DNA of 63,106 bases, filler included, from Jimgerdemannia flammicorona (lineage: Eukaryota), in assembly GCA_003990765.1 (NCBI GenBank). It is 3 parts of 3 records of this genome, joined end to end, with 100 filler letters (N's around TTAATTAATTAA, not from the genome) between each part and the next. Parts side by side here need not be neighbours in the genome. Positions count along the whole stretch, not along the records: positions 1 to 20,972 come from RBNJ01001553.1; 2 more parts are not named here. The stretch is one strand, 5' to 3'. Made by a program: the position numbers and the translations under genes. This document shows positions 1 to 14,690 of this stretch, in pieces. A model generated the notes under the pieces. The model did not search any database. It was given only the letters and a program-made list of their open reading frames with translations, and had not been told where the DNA came from. Every line of letters begins with the position of its first letter. Position 1 is the stretch's first letter.

Positions 1-1978
<1,978 letters not shown>

Positions 1979-2199
1979 TACGTGGGATGTGGTATGTGTG
2001 TTACTTGCAGCTGGTTAAAGAGGAGAGCTAAAGGGCCGCGCAAGAGGGCTTGGTACTATTTATTCATATTTATTCACCAGTCCAGATAGTGGAATGCCGC
2101 AGAACGGGACACGTACGGTACACGTAATCCCTCTGATGGTCAGCTGATACAGATCAGAGCCTGTGACGCAGTACAAATGACATCAACAAATCCAACTCT

Positions 2200-2669
2200 T
2201 TACACACTCCCTATCTCATACTTTAGCATAACCATATCCCTCAACAAAATTCCATTCTCCATCACTGGAGGTTGCACATACGCAAAATAGTCCCTCCGCA
2301 CCGAATCCATGCGGAACCCGCATTTCTGATAAAACACTATATTATCCACACTCGAATTGCCCGTACCAACAACAATGCATTGTGTGCCATTTCCACAAGA
2401 CGTGACATGACACGCTTGCCATACCCACAACCCCTGCGTGCAGGATCGACGGACAGATAAATCAATTCAGATTCCGTCGCCGACCAGCGCATGGTGAGCG
2501 CAGCGATCGCCTCGTCAGAGCTGGCCAGGCGAACCGCGTACGTGGTGGTCGTGGGGTCGGATAGGTGCCGACGTATCGTCAATTCGTCCTCGTCTGCGTC
2601 GCGGAGGAGTGGCACGAGGGAGGCGGTTTCCGAGTGTGGAATTGTATGGAATTCAAGGGAAGATGTCAT
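2200..2669 (-). pseudogene. GNAT N-acetyltransferase resembling the Bacillus YvbK-like family; intronless, one frameshift at about 2385-2392
   Basis: ORF 2337-2669 gives the N-half with motif A (LSVDPARRGCGYGK). ORF 2200-2430 gives the C-half (VVGTGNSSVDNIVFYQKCGFRMDSVRRDYF...ENGILLRDMVML). The halves are in different frames with no intron between them. Confidence 0.8.
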
Positions 2670-2952
2670 AGTGTATGTGTATATACAGTTGCAAGGAAGT
2701 TGATTGTGTGGCTAAGTCCTTCACGTGGAAATATTATTTGTGTGGCGTGCAAATCCCTATAAATTTATAATTTCTGTTGCGGAAGAGAAATTCATGACGT
2801 CATATGAACCACATCCTTTGGCGCCTGCCGCAAGAAACACATAAAGGACGCCGGATTACTTGAACGACTATTATTACTCAAGTACATGCGCAAATAGAAG
2901 CAAAAGGTGAAAACCCTCGCATCCAACCACTTCCTTCCAACAGCAGAAAGTC

Positions 2953-4125
2953 ATGGGAGGCAAGGCCCTAAAAAATACACCCCTCCGCCGCATCACTGCC
3001 GCCGAATACGCAGCCCTTTCCACCCGCGTCCTCTCCATCGTCGGCAAATATTACCGCCGCGCTGAGATCCCCTCTGCCCTACACGGTAAACCCGACTTTG
3101 GCGACCTCGACGTTGTCGTCGCCGGGCCCACCGGCCAAACATTTCCGAATCCGACTGCGCTGCCGAACACGTTCGGCAAACTCCCTCCCGCAACCCACTT
3201 CCTCGCACTCGAATTCCGCTCAAAGGAGGTCGTTCACAACGGCCCCGTCACCTCATTCGAGCTTGACGAGTTTCAGATCGACATCGTACAGGCAACCCTC
3301 GAGAACATCGACTTTGCCGTCGCGTGGATGGCGTGGGGCGATGTTGGGAATATCGTCGGCGTTGTTGCAAACAGAATGGGACTGATGTTTGGGTTTGATG
3401 GTCTCGGGATGCGGGTCTTATCGAATAGGCATGTGACTAGGATTGGACAGGTCACGTTGACGCAGAAGTTTCCGGAGGCATTGAAGTTTCTTGGGTATGA
3501 TTATGAGAGGTGGAGGAAAGGGTTTGTTGGGCAGGAGGACGCGTTCGAATTTCTGGTGAGCGGGGCGCATTTTGAACCGGAGATGTTTCTGCGGGAGAAT
3601 TTGTCAAGAAATAGCAAGGAGCGGAGCCACAAGAGGCCCATGTTTGAGAACTTTTTAAAGTACGTTGGAGGGAGGTTTTCGATGGAATCCGAGGTGGCAG
3701 AACGATCGAGCAAACTCGAGAGCGGCGATGGCAACGAAAGCGCGCAGGATCGACTCGAAAATTTAACGCCGCTCCAGACGACTCATCGGCTCCGCGCCCT
3801 CGAATTCTTCGGCAAGCGCGCCGCATACGATCTCATCATTGAACGGGACGTCGTACAGGCGAACATCAAGCAACGGTTCCTTCCGGCTGTCGAGAATATA
3901 CGGAAAGTGAAAGCGCTCGAGCAAAGGCCGCTGGGACAATTCATCGCTTCGTATAAGGCGAGCAAAGCGTCGGTTCAGATCGACGAGGAAGAGCTTCCGA
4001 GGGCTAGCGGAATCGCGAGTGAGGTTATTAACTCGCTTGGAAATTGGGAGAAGTGGGTTTTGAGCAGGACGGATGAAAGGTCCATTGTACGGGATATGGA
4101 GGAATATTACGAGAGCATGAAATAA
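2953..4125 (+). CDS. Intronless 390-aa Pol-beta/PolX-superfamily nucleotidyltransferase-like protein
   Basis: Uninterrupted ORF. N-terminal MGGKALK, then KPDFGDLDVVV (GDxD catalytic pair), FQIDIV (third Asp), GDVGNIVG...GLMFGFDGL and KRPMFENFL. Confidence 0.8.
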   Translation: MGGKALKNTPLRRITAAEYAALSTRVLSIVGKYYRRAEIPSALHGKPDFGDLDVVVAGPTGQTFPNPTALPNTFGKLPPATHFLALEFRSKEVVHNGPVTSFELDEFQIDIVQATLENIDFAVAWMAWGDVGNIVGVVANRMGLMFGFDGLGMRVLSNRHVTRIGQVTLTQKFPEALKFLGYDYERWRKGFVGQEDAFEFLVSGAHFEPEMFLRENLSRNSKERSHKRPMFENFLKYVGGRFSMESEVAERSSKLESGDGNESAQDRLENLTPLQTTHRLRALEFFGKRAAYDLIIERDVVQANIKQRFLPAVENIRKVKALEQRPLGQFIASYKASKASVQIDEEELPRASGIASEVINSLGNWEKWVLSRTDERSIVRDMEEYYESMK

Positions 4126-4315
4126 AACTTTCGGTTGATGACTCCGCAGTAACGTAATTAATTAGGTGAGCGTAGATACGCCACAGGGCACATGCCACAC
4201 ATGCCAGTCACAGTGGCATAAGTTAATAGATTGGCGTACCAATATTTTCGTCGTTCACACGAGGTACTCTCTCTTTCTCCGATAAACAACGATATCACCA
4301 CACTTAACCCTCACG

Positions 4316-4948
4316 ATGCCTGAAACAGACCCAACGTACGGTCCAGCGGAAAAATGCTTATCAGGCATCTACGCACTGGCACATGCATTCGACTTGTCGC
4401 TTCACGTGCCCAACGACGGGCCTACTGCGAGAGACCATCTGTCCAGCGAACGGAATTTTTTGGCGTGGTTGAGGTTGGCGCTGACACTGACGATGGTTGG
4501 TGCGTATTCTGGGTGGATGAGTGGGAGGGCTGGCGGTAGCGGGTGATGGCATGCCTGTGTGTTGTGCCTACGCTTTTGGGCTTAGGAGTTACGCCGAGAT
4601 AAGAGATAGCCGTAGATACCACTCCCTCAACAACATATCCCATAACATGTTATCTCCCCTCAAAAAAAAAAAAAAAATACAGGCTATTCCATTCTCCTCG
4701 ACCTCCGAGTGCTCTTCGATCCACAGCACCCGCCGAACCCCACACAACGAGCAGCCGCCAAACCGATTGGGCTCATTTTTGTCGCGCTCGGCTTCCTCTC
4801 TTTCGTCACGGCAATATTTGGCTTCTTCAAAAGCCAGCATGGCCTGCTCGAGCGTCAATACCGTATCGGCGCGGGGTGGAGTGGGTTCTTGATGGCAGGG
4901 ACTGTGTGCGTGTTTGCGTGTTCAGTTTTTGCGTTGGCGCTGACGTAG
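4316..4948 (+). CDS. DUF202 (YidH/Vtc1-like) small membrane protein, two exons (4316-4499, 4683-4948)
   Basis: ARDHLSSERNFLAWLRLALTL signature. The intron GTGCGT...TACAG joins in frame to GYSILLDLR. Three hydrophobic segments. Confidence 0.88.
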
Positions 4949-5216
4949 GAAATTTGTAGGACGATGGGTGTTGTAAGAACCTTATATATATATTAACTAT
5001 TTCATAGCGGTAATATTAGTGTCCTTTTTATTCAACTGTAAGTTGTCTCGGGTGTTAATTTGGCAAAGGCAAAAGAGCCATCGCCAGGAAGGGATCACCA
5101 TCACCTGAGTACTGGAGGTGACGTAACGTCTTGGTTCAAGTGACCGTTTTTTGCATGGTCTCTTCCACTCCTCCTTTTCTTTGCCTCGCGTACTCAATTC
5201 GATTGCGCACCCAATC

Positions 5217-6558
5217 ATGTCCACAACTACAAGTGCCTACATGGTCGCGAGCCTCTTGGAGAAGGTAATCAAACCGAGACGTCCCGTTTTCAAGCCCTCT
5301 TGCTCGTCCTCACGCCGACATACCTCATTCTGTGGTTCCTCACAAACGAAAACACGATAGATGTCCAACGAGGACTCGGACATCCGATACATGGCCACGG
5401 CGGATCTTATTACGGAATTGCAGAAGGACTCCTTCAACCTCGAAGATTCCACAGAGAAGAAGGTGATCGATGCTGTGCTGACCCTTATGAAGGATAAGAG
5501 TGGGGAGGTGCAGAATTTGGCTGTCAAATGGTACGTGCGAAAGTGATTTATGAACTCAAGAAGAGAAGAACGGCGTGTTGCATGCACGACAGAATCTGTG
5601 TCCGGGGCATGGGAAGCAAATACGTTGCTTCGCCGCTTTACCGAGCTTGTTTAATTTTAAAACGCGTCTTCTCAACGGTAAATTGAGGGTGCATATCTGT
5701 GAGACAATAGTGTGGGGCGGGCGTGTTTGGCCACGCAGAAATGATTGAGAGGGAATCATCTGTCAAGCTCGAGACACACATCACCTCCCCTTAACTCGTG
5801 CTTTGCTCATCATTTTGACACCATTTGTTCCCACCGATTTTAGCTTAGGCCCTTTGGTTAAGAAGATCAAGGAAGCCCAGCTCCAAGACGTAGTTGACAA
5901 GCTATGCAACTTTGCCGCTCAGCAGGAGGTAGAAGAGCTGAGGGATATCGCTAGCATTGGTGGGTTATGGCAAGCACTGATTGCAGCTTGCGTTGTTGTA
6001 CCTACTCTTAATCCATTGTATTTTGGGGACTGGGTTTGCGCTGTGCTTTGTGATATGGACCGATTATTTAACGCCAACTACTCGTCATGTATCCGTAACG
6101 ATCCAAACACGTAGGTCTGAAAACGATCATTGTGGAAATCCCTGTCAATTCCCCCATCGGCAATAACGTCACGAAGCGCGTGCTCCCGCGCCTCATCACC
6201 TTGATCTCCAACGTATGTTTCGGCTTTGTCGTCCATTTGCCCATCTATTACTCATATGTCGTGTTCCTAACCCATCCTGATATTTGATCTGACAGAACAA
6301 AGCCACCTATGAGGTTCAAATGGACACCCTAGATATCCTCGCGGAGATCTCGGCTCGATTCGGAAGCTCAGTCTCTCAGGATATGAACAAGCAGCAACAA
6401 AACGCGCTCTTGCCGTTATTGGGATATCCGAGGCCGGCAGTAAGGAAGAGGACGACCGTGGCAATCGGTGGGTAGCTTGTGTTGTTTCAATGTATTTCGA
6501 AATGATCGCGCGAAGTCGAGAGGATTGATGCGTTGGGCCCTTTTCTCCGTCAATATAG

Positions 6559-6590
<32 letters not shown>

Positions 6591-9500
6591 ATAACGTGAC
6601 AGATGTTGTCGTTTGTAAACAGGTAATCTGGTCATGCATACAAACGATGAGCTTTTCGACGAACTAGTCAAGCGATTGCTGGTCGAGCTGAACAAGTCGG
6701 CGGATTCAAAAGAGATGCTGAGGACGTTAATCCAGTGTGTTGGGGCTTTAAGGTGGGTGCAGCTGGACAGTTTCCACGTTTTCTCTGCCAGCGTCCGGTA
6801 TGGGAACTACCCCCCTGGTCAGAGATGGATTCATTCTCATCTTGTATTCCGCACCCGTCCTTGTCCCGGACTACAGCCGTTTCAGTGCCCCCCGCCTGGG
6901 CGCATACCTCTCGCAGATCCTCCCGCTCGTCATCAAGTACACCAAGACGGACGACGACGACGAACTCCGCGAGAATTGCTTGCAGGCTCTCGAGTCTTTC
7001 GTTCTGCGATGTCCCACGGAGATGACGCCGTATATCACCCAAATCGTCCAGCTCTCCTTGGAATATCTTAAATACGACCCGAATTATGCGGACGATGAGG
7101 AGGAGGAGGTATGTTTTATGAACGCGGCGGGTATGGTGGACATGATTTGTTTTACGAGGGATAGGTTTATGACGTTGACTTTATAATACTATTGGTTCTA
7201 GGAGGGCGATGAAGGTGAAAACGAAGCCATGGAACAGGACAACGATGAGGAGGACGAAGATGAGGATGCTGAGTGAGTATCATTAATTATAGTTATAATG
7301 CAGTGATTGCCTGACGCACAACAGCTATCACGAGAATATTTCCCGATTCATTCTATTTGTTAATGCGTAGCGATTACTCTGATGACGACGACATCTCATG
7401 GAAAGTCCGCCGCTCCGCGTCCAAAACCCTCTCGGCCATCATTGGCACCCGAGGCGAACTTCTATCGCAACTTTATCACCAGGTCGCCCCGGCCCTCATC
7501 GGCCGCTTCAAGGAGCGCGAAGAATCTGTCCGTGTCGACGTCCTGCAAACATTTATCGTGCTCCTGCGCCAGACCCTAGTGACCGCAATTGATTTTACGC
7601 ATAACGTCGATATGGAGATGGGCGGGGAGAACTCTAAGAGGAGGCGGGGTACTGGGAGCCCAAGTGTTGTGCCGATGGAGACCGAGGAGAGGTGGGTGCT
7701 GTGATGGAACGAGTTGCTTTTTTTTTTTTTTTTGCAGTTTCTTGCCATGTTTATAGTGTAACATTGCAACCTTTTCCGGTTCAGCCCCAAGCAGCTGCTT
7801 CGCAACCAAGTCCCCCGTTTGAGCCGCGCTCTTTCAAAGCAGCTCGTATCCAAATCTACCCAGACCCGTCAGACTGGCTTCACACTCCTTCGGGAGCTGG
7901 TCACTGTCCTCAACGGTGGCCTGGAGAATCACATCGGCCTTTTCATCCCAGCCATCGAATCCTCCCTTTCCTCGGCCGCCGCTGACCAGCATCATATTGG
8001 CACGACCTCCAACCTGAAGATCGAGACGCTCACGTTCCTTCGTCAACTATTCAAGACCCACCCCGCCGTCGCCTTCCACAAGTACCTCCGCCGCCTCTGC
8101 CCGCCCATCATCTCCTCTGTCCAGGACAAGTTTTACAAAATCACTGCAGAGGCCTTTCTTGTCTGCATCGAGCTCATCAAGGTCATCCGCCCCATCAATT
8201 ACGACTCGGTCTCCCAGACACAGACCGTCCAGCCCCTTAATCCGGAGTTTAAGCCATACATCGCACAGATCTATACCGTCACCATGCAGCGTTTAGCCAC
8301 CTCCGACGCTGACCAGGAGGTCAAGGAACGTTCTATCATGTGCCTTGGAGCGCTTCTCTCCCAGGCTGGCGATCAGCTTGTCGCTGAGCATCGCGCCGCT
8401 TTCAATATACTCCTTGAGAGGTTGAGGAACGAGATCACTAGGTTGACGACCGTCAAGACCCTCACCGCGATAGCGAATTCGCCCGTGTGCACGGGTGAGG
8501 AGGTTAAGCGCACCGTTTTGGAGGCCGTGGATGACGTCGCGGTTTTGTTGAGGAAGAGCAATAGGCAGTTGAAGGTTGCAAGCTTGGGTTGTTTGGAGGT
8601 ACTGGTCAAGAGGTATGTTCGAGCGTTTTTTTATTTGGCGATCGGCATTTCGAATACATTTACGCCTGAGTGAACGGACATTTATGATTCGTAATGGTTA
8701 CCTCGACAGATACGGCAAATTCTTGACCCCCGCGAGCTTTACCAACCTGCTCACGGAGCTTAAGCCCCTCATCTCCGACGCAGATCTGCACCTCCTCCCA
8801 CTCTCCCTCACCACTGTCGTCTCCATCCTGCACGCCAACCCGGGTTCCATCCCCATCATCAAGCAGGACGTCCTCCCTTCCGTCTTTCGCCTCGTCCAGT
8901 CCCCGCTCGTCCAGGGCGCAGCACTAGACAGTCTCCTCACTCTGTTCGCGGCGCTCGTACGTACTAACCCGCAGGATTATACGCTGCTCGTCGCTGGGCT
9001 CATTGGACCCGTTGCGAATGATAAGCAGGTTCAGTTGGCGGTGTCGAAGCAGGTAGGGGTGTGCGGACGTATAATGTCAGCATGTATGGGCTGGACACCG
9101 GACGGGCAGGTGTGTGGTGTTGGCTTTTGTTTTCTAAGACTTTTATTTCTCCTCCATGTGTTAATGTCCTAGTCTTATTCCACGATTGCCCAATGTGTCG
9201 CGACGTTATGCCTCAATTCCGAGGCCAATTGCTCTTCGACCGTGTCCGATTTTGAGCGCCAGATCGAGGTATGTTTTCTCTCTCTCACCAAACCATGTTT
9301 CACCAAAACACTTGCGATGCGGATTCTTATTGTAAATGTTTTGGTGTGGTTTGTAATACACGCTCTTAGGATACCAACTCCTCCGAATCCGTCAAATATC
9401 TGTCGCTGCTGACGCTCGGCGAGATTGGCCGTAAAGTGTGCGTGATAATTTTTGGATGCTACTAATTGACTCAAGTCACTGATTGCTTTCACAACACTAA

Positions 9501-11479
9501 TCTATTTTTGAATGTGTTTGTACGAGCAGTGACTTGAGCGGCCACGCCAAGGTGCACACCACCATCCTGGTGCTCTTCTCGGTGCCATCGGAGGAAGTCA
9601 AATCCGCCGCTGCCTTCGCCCTCGGTACGGATGCACAATGGTTCCATAATATGTTTCGGACCATGGAATCCCTCGTCACTGCTTTGGGGCTGAATACGTA
9701 TTGGCGCTTTTTTTTTTTTTTTTTTTTTCGGAACCATCTTACAGGCAATATCAGCGTCGGAAATATTCCCAAGTATCTGCCGATCATCATCTCGGAGATC
9801 AAGCAGCAACCCAAGAGGCGCTATCTCTTGCTGCACGCCCTTAAGGAGGTAAGGCGCATGCGAGGACTCTGGAATAAATTCTATTTTTGAGCCAAGTAAG
9901 CTTATACTGTCCATCTTTGTGGCTCCGCAGCTTATTACGAGACACTCTCAGAAGGAGGGCAGCAATTCTCTGGGAACTTACTCGGACGAGATTTGGGTTC
10001 TGCTCTTCGACAAATGCGAGAGTGACGAGGAGGGGACGCGTAACGTCGTCGCTGAGTGTCTCGGCAAGCTGACGTTGACGAACCCGTACAAGTTCCTCCC
10101 TGAGCTGCAGGTCGGTTGTTCACTGTCTTGTTTGATACGATGCTCTTCACAGCTTGGTAAAATGATACTCTCTACGCATAATAGTCTTGTGAGATTAATC
10201 GTTTATCTCTTTATTATGTCGTGTGACGTCATAGAAACGGCTACAATCTTCTTCTCCCCAGACGCGTGGCACTGTCGTCACCGCCATCAAATACACGTTC
10301 ACGGACCAAGCACAAAATTATGATGACCTCTTGAGGCCTTTGATCGTCGAATTCTTGTCATTGATGAAGGATACTGATTTGGTAGGTGTCATTAGCTGGA
10401 TGTTTCGCTGCTCGTGGTCATTTACCGGTGCCACATTTTGCCTTCGTTCTGATTTTTAAACCGTTTCTCCGCAAAACATAGAATGTCCGTCGTCTCTCCT
10501 TGTCGACCCTCAACTCCGCGGCACATAACAAGCCTTACTTGATCCGTGACGTGCTGAACACTCTCTTGCCGCTATTGTATCAAGAAACGGTGGTCAAGGT
10601 TGGTTGGATAGATCGCTGTTGGAGGATCTTTTCACCATCTTTCCCATTCATTGACTGTATGGTGATATTGAATGTTTTAGGAGGAGCTCATCCGCATGGT
10701 CGAAATGGGCCCATTCAAGCATAAGGTCGACGACGGTCTTGAGATTCGTAAGGTACGGTATTTATATGGTGTGGATTTTGTGATTTTCCCATCCAACCCC
10801 GATTCTAACCGGTCGCCAATGGCGTTTTGCATATTATATTTCTTCATAACGATAGTCTGCCTTCGAGTGCATGTACACCCTGCTCGACAGCTGCCTCGAC
10901 AAGATTGAAATTTTCGGCTTCATGGACCGCGTCTTCGCCGGTTTGAGCGACCAGCACGACATTAAGGTGCTAGCGCATCTCATGATGATGAGGCTCGCTA
11001 ACGTGGCGCCAACGGCTGTAACGCAGAGTATGCGGTCTTTGTGTATTGTCGCCGCGAGTTTTTTCTAGTTCTTCGGTCATGCTAAGATAATATGTGAACT
11101 CGTCACGCAGAATTGGACGACGCCGTCGAACCGTTGAAGGCTACGCTGAACTATAAGGTTAAGCAAACGGCCGTGAAGCAGGAAGTTGAGAAGAACCAGG
11201 AATTGGTTCGATCCGCGTTGCGTTGTATTGCGGTGCTTACTAAACTTTCTGAGCCCGGTAAGTGTCCTTGCATGCGCTCGTGTGGTTGAATTCTTCGTCC
11301 GGAGCCGTACTCACCTGCTTTATTGATCTTTTGTCTCCACCTCCACAGCAACGACCCCCAGGTTTGACACCTTCCTCAAGGAAATCAGGGCGAGCACGTT
11401 GGGAGATGAATACAAGACAATCGTGGCAGACGCAGATAACAAGGAGCGTCGGGGTGCGGATTACATGGACTTGTCGTAA
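5217..11479 (+). CDS. CAND1: Cullin-associated NEDD8-dissociated protein 1 (CAND1/TIP120), HEAT-repeat, about 20 exons
   Basis: [77 protein letters not shown] and [19 protein letters not shown], ending YMDLS*. Canonical GT-AG introns. Confidence 0.97.
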
Positions 11480-12099
11480 AAATGCGCGAGGAAAAGAGTG
11501 GTGTGAGAGCTTGTTGGGTATGTGCGTTTGTCAAAAGCAGAGGATTTTGCATTGTAATGACTTAAAGCAAGTGATTTGTATGGGGAGTTGGGCCTCTATG
11601 TGGCAGAAGCTGATTTAACTTTTAAGCATAAAACAATTTGCACACGAGTTTACCCTGTTATTATCGAGGGTATTCTGGAAACTGATGCACATATTGGGTG
11701 GTTGAATGCTTAATTGATCATCGCAACACCAACAGTCCACGCCAAAAATATATAACATCGCTTTGTATTACAGTAGTATGGGTGTAAGTACAAACTGGAT
11801 ATCAGCCTGAATGAAACTTATAATTAAGCGAATATATCCATACGAGCGAAATCTTGGGAAAATGGACTACACTTTACATCCCCAGGAAATTACAATCCAT
11901 CACCGACTTTCATAACCCACATCAATTCGCTCAACCCCTCCTTCGCAACAATCAAATCTTCATCAGCCACCATGGATGGATTGAGTCGGACATTGATAGA
12001 CAACATTGGCCATTGCTAGCCAACACCACCAGAGCAGTGCCAAACTGGTGTCCCTGAGGACAGCTCCACCCAGCAAAGCCTAGCAAACTCATGGGCACA

Positions 12100-14677
12100 T
12101 GGACTCATTCAAGTCTAATATGATACAAAACAGATGTAGTTAGCAATATTCTTTATAAGATATTGTTATTTAATATCACTTTGCCATATCCACACCACCC
12201 ATCACATCTATACTGCTGCTGCTTATATCATTCAGACAACTCCAAGCAACTATCTAACATTTCTCTAAGAAATATGCCCCAGGTCCTATTTATGTCTCTG
12301 TCAATGTATAGACCACATTGTCTATATCTAAATATCTTTTTCCCACCAAGCTTTGGATCAATCTAGCTATAGGCACTATATGTCTTGCTAGTGTATGCCT
12401 CTGAGATTAGAAAAACCTTAATATTGTCAGCAGAGAGTACTTTCTCACCTTGAATATTCTCTCTTTTGATAATTATTGAATAGGTAAAAAAATAAGTAGG
12501 TCAATATATAATTAAGAGCTGCTATTTATTTATTCATGATATAATAGAAAAAACAAAAAGAAGCATCAGAAAAAAGAAAAAGAATAAAGAAAGAGTAAAA
12601 CAAAGAAAGAGTAATATTATCCAAGATTTTAAGTAATCAAGATTAATCTGGATCAATCTAGATCAATTATAAGACCAATCTGAGTTGATTTAAATCCATT
12701 ATATAACAAATCTGAATTGAATCTTATTCAGATAAATTGAATCTATTTGGAGTACTATAATAAAGTAAAGGATATATCTTAGGATCTTTCTATTATAGAT
12801 AGTCATTTTGTAACTATTGTTGTTATATATAATAACCATAGTGGTTATTGAGGGCCAGATTTGTAGTTTCTTCACTATTTCCTTAGTATGCAATTTTTTT
12901 GCTTATAGTTCTGATATCAAGGGCTGAGTGGATTATCAGATAATTGTTCATATATATGGAGTTTGTATAAATAGAACTACAGATCCTTCTGGCAGTTCTG
13001 AACTTAGATTGTAATTATCTATCATTATTACTTCTGCAAGTAGAATCAGAGATAATACTAGATAGATTGTCCAAGTATTTGTATCTGAGTATTTCTATAG
13101 ATAATAAGATTCTAAGCTTAGATTGTCTCCTTGATAGTTTTGTTGAGAATATTATAAGAAATATTCTTTATGAAGACTCAAGTCTTATTATTAATATGTT
13201 CTTACTATAGATACTGAAAATAGCTAAGACCAGAGAGTGTATAGCACCTTTTCTTTCTGAAGATATATTCTTTTACAACTATATTACATATAAGTCTATA
13301 ATATTAAGTATATAATATTAAAAATAACATCAATACTCTTAAATATATTTCAAACATATTCTATTCTAAAAGTATATAGTTTAAAAACATATTCAAAGAA
13401 AGCTATTTAATAATCACTCTCTTATCTAGTATAGCCCAGCTATTATTTCATAATTATCTTCTGCTTTATATTTAGATATATACAGATTTTCAGGCTTCTT
13501 ATCAAATCCTCTATTTTCTTTTTCTTTCTCACAAATATCAGTCTCTCTCTGATCTTTCTCTTTCTTTTATTATTACTGCTCATACTTTTGATATCATTAA
13601 TTTTCTGCTGAATATTATTCTTATATATAGTAAATAAAGACTATGTTAATTATAAGAATATTCTGAGTAAGTTTATTGATAGTAAATATAGAGGATAATG
13701 AGTTATCATTTAAGTATACTATAATAATTTTAATATTATTGAGATAAAGAACATACTTTATAAGATTGAAGGTGAAGTAATAAAGTTAGTCTTGGTAGAT
13801 AACTATAATCTGAATATTAAATAATTTATTTAGATACAAGTCTCTAGCTCTAAGTAAAGAGATCCCATAATAATATAAATAGAAAAAGTAAAATACACCT
13901 CTGAGACTAAGCTATAATATGAGTACTCTAGTAAAGTCTTAAGGCTAGGTCTCTTCTAGTTAATACTACTTACAATATTGATAAAGATGAGATGAGAAGA
14001 ATATAATTGTTAGAGATATTACTTCTATTATTTAAGATTATTTCATTGCTTAGAGCTTGAGACTTATATATAAATATATTTAGAGAATTATTTAATAGAT
14101 ATAGAGATAAGGATAAAAGTATAATTGAGAAGAATATAGTTGATATTATAAAAATAGATACTATTATAGAGGTATTTTATCTTTATATATATATTCTTGA
14201 ATATACCAGTAATAAAGATTCTAGAGGAGACTCTAAGTTATTTAGATATTTGATAAGCAGAAAGAACAGTTATTGGAAAAATGACAGAGCACAAAAATAC
14301 TTAGAAATATATATATTATATATACCTATACTGCTAAGAGAGATAAGACTGCTATATAAGAGAGGCTATATAAGAGAAACTATATATATATAAAGCCTCA
14401 TACCTTATATTATATTTTGAAGTTATCTGAAATAAATCTACTATTCTTCTGTCACATATTTTACTAAGACTGCTTCTATCTCAGCTTATGAAATATCCAA
14501 TCTGAGTCATATTGATAGAAAAATAACTACTTAAATCTTGACTAATAACTTTATTTCCTCCTGACTAAAAGATAGAAATAGAAGGTCTAACTCACCAATC
14601 TACAAATAATATAATAAATAATATTAATATCAAAAACCTGATCCTATACTTACTGAATTTCTCAAATAAGATCAAAA
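12100..14677. mobile_element. Highly degenerate AT-rich, CpG-free transposon remains, possibly LTR-retrotransposon integrase fragments
   Basis: Abrupt loss of CpG and high TpA. Only a weak integrase C-terminus-like remnant on the minus strand near 12.8-13.3 kb. Boundaries approximate. Confidence 0.35.
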
Positions 14678-14690
14678 GTGAGCATTCTTG

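Noticed and set aside
6559..6585. Long poly-A and poly-T runs in introns (also about 4662, 7718, 9707, 54669)
   Set aside because: Common intronic homopolymers in this genome, with no TSD or retrocopy evidence.
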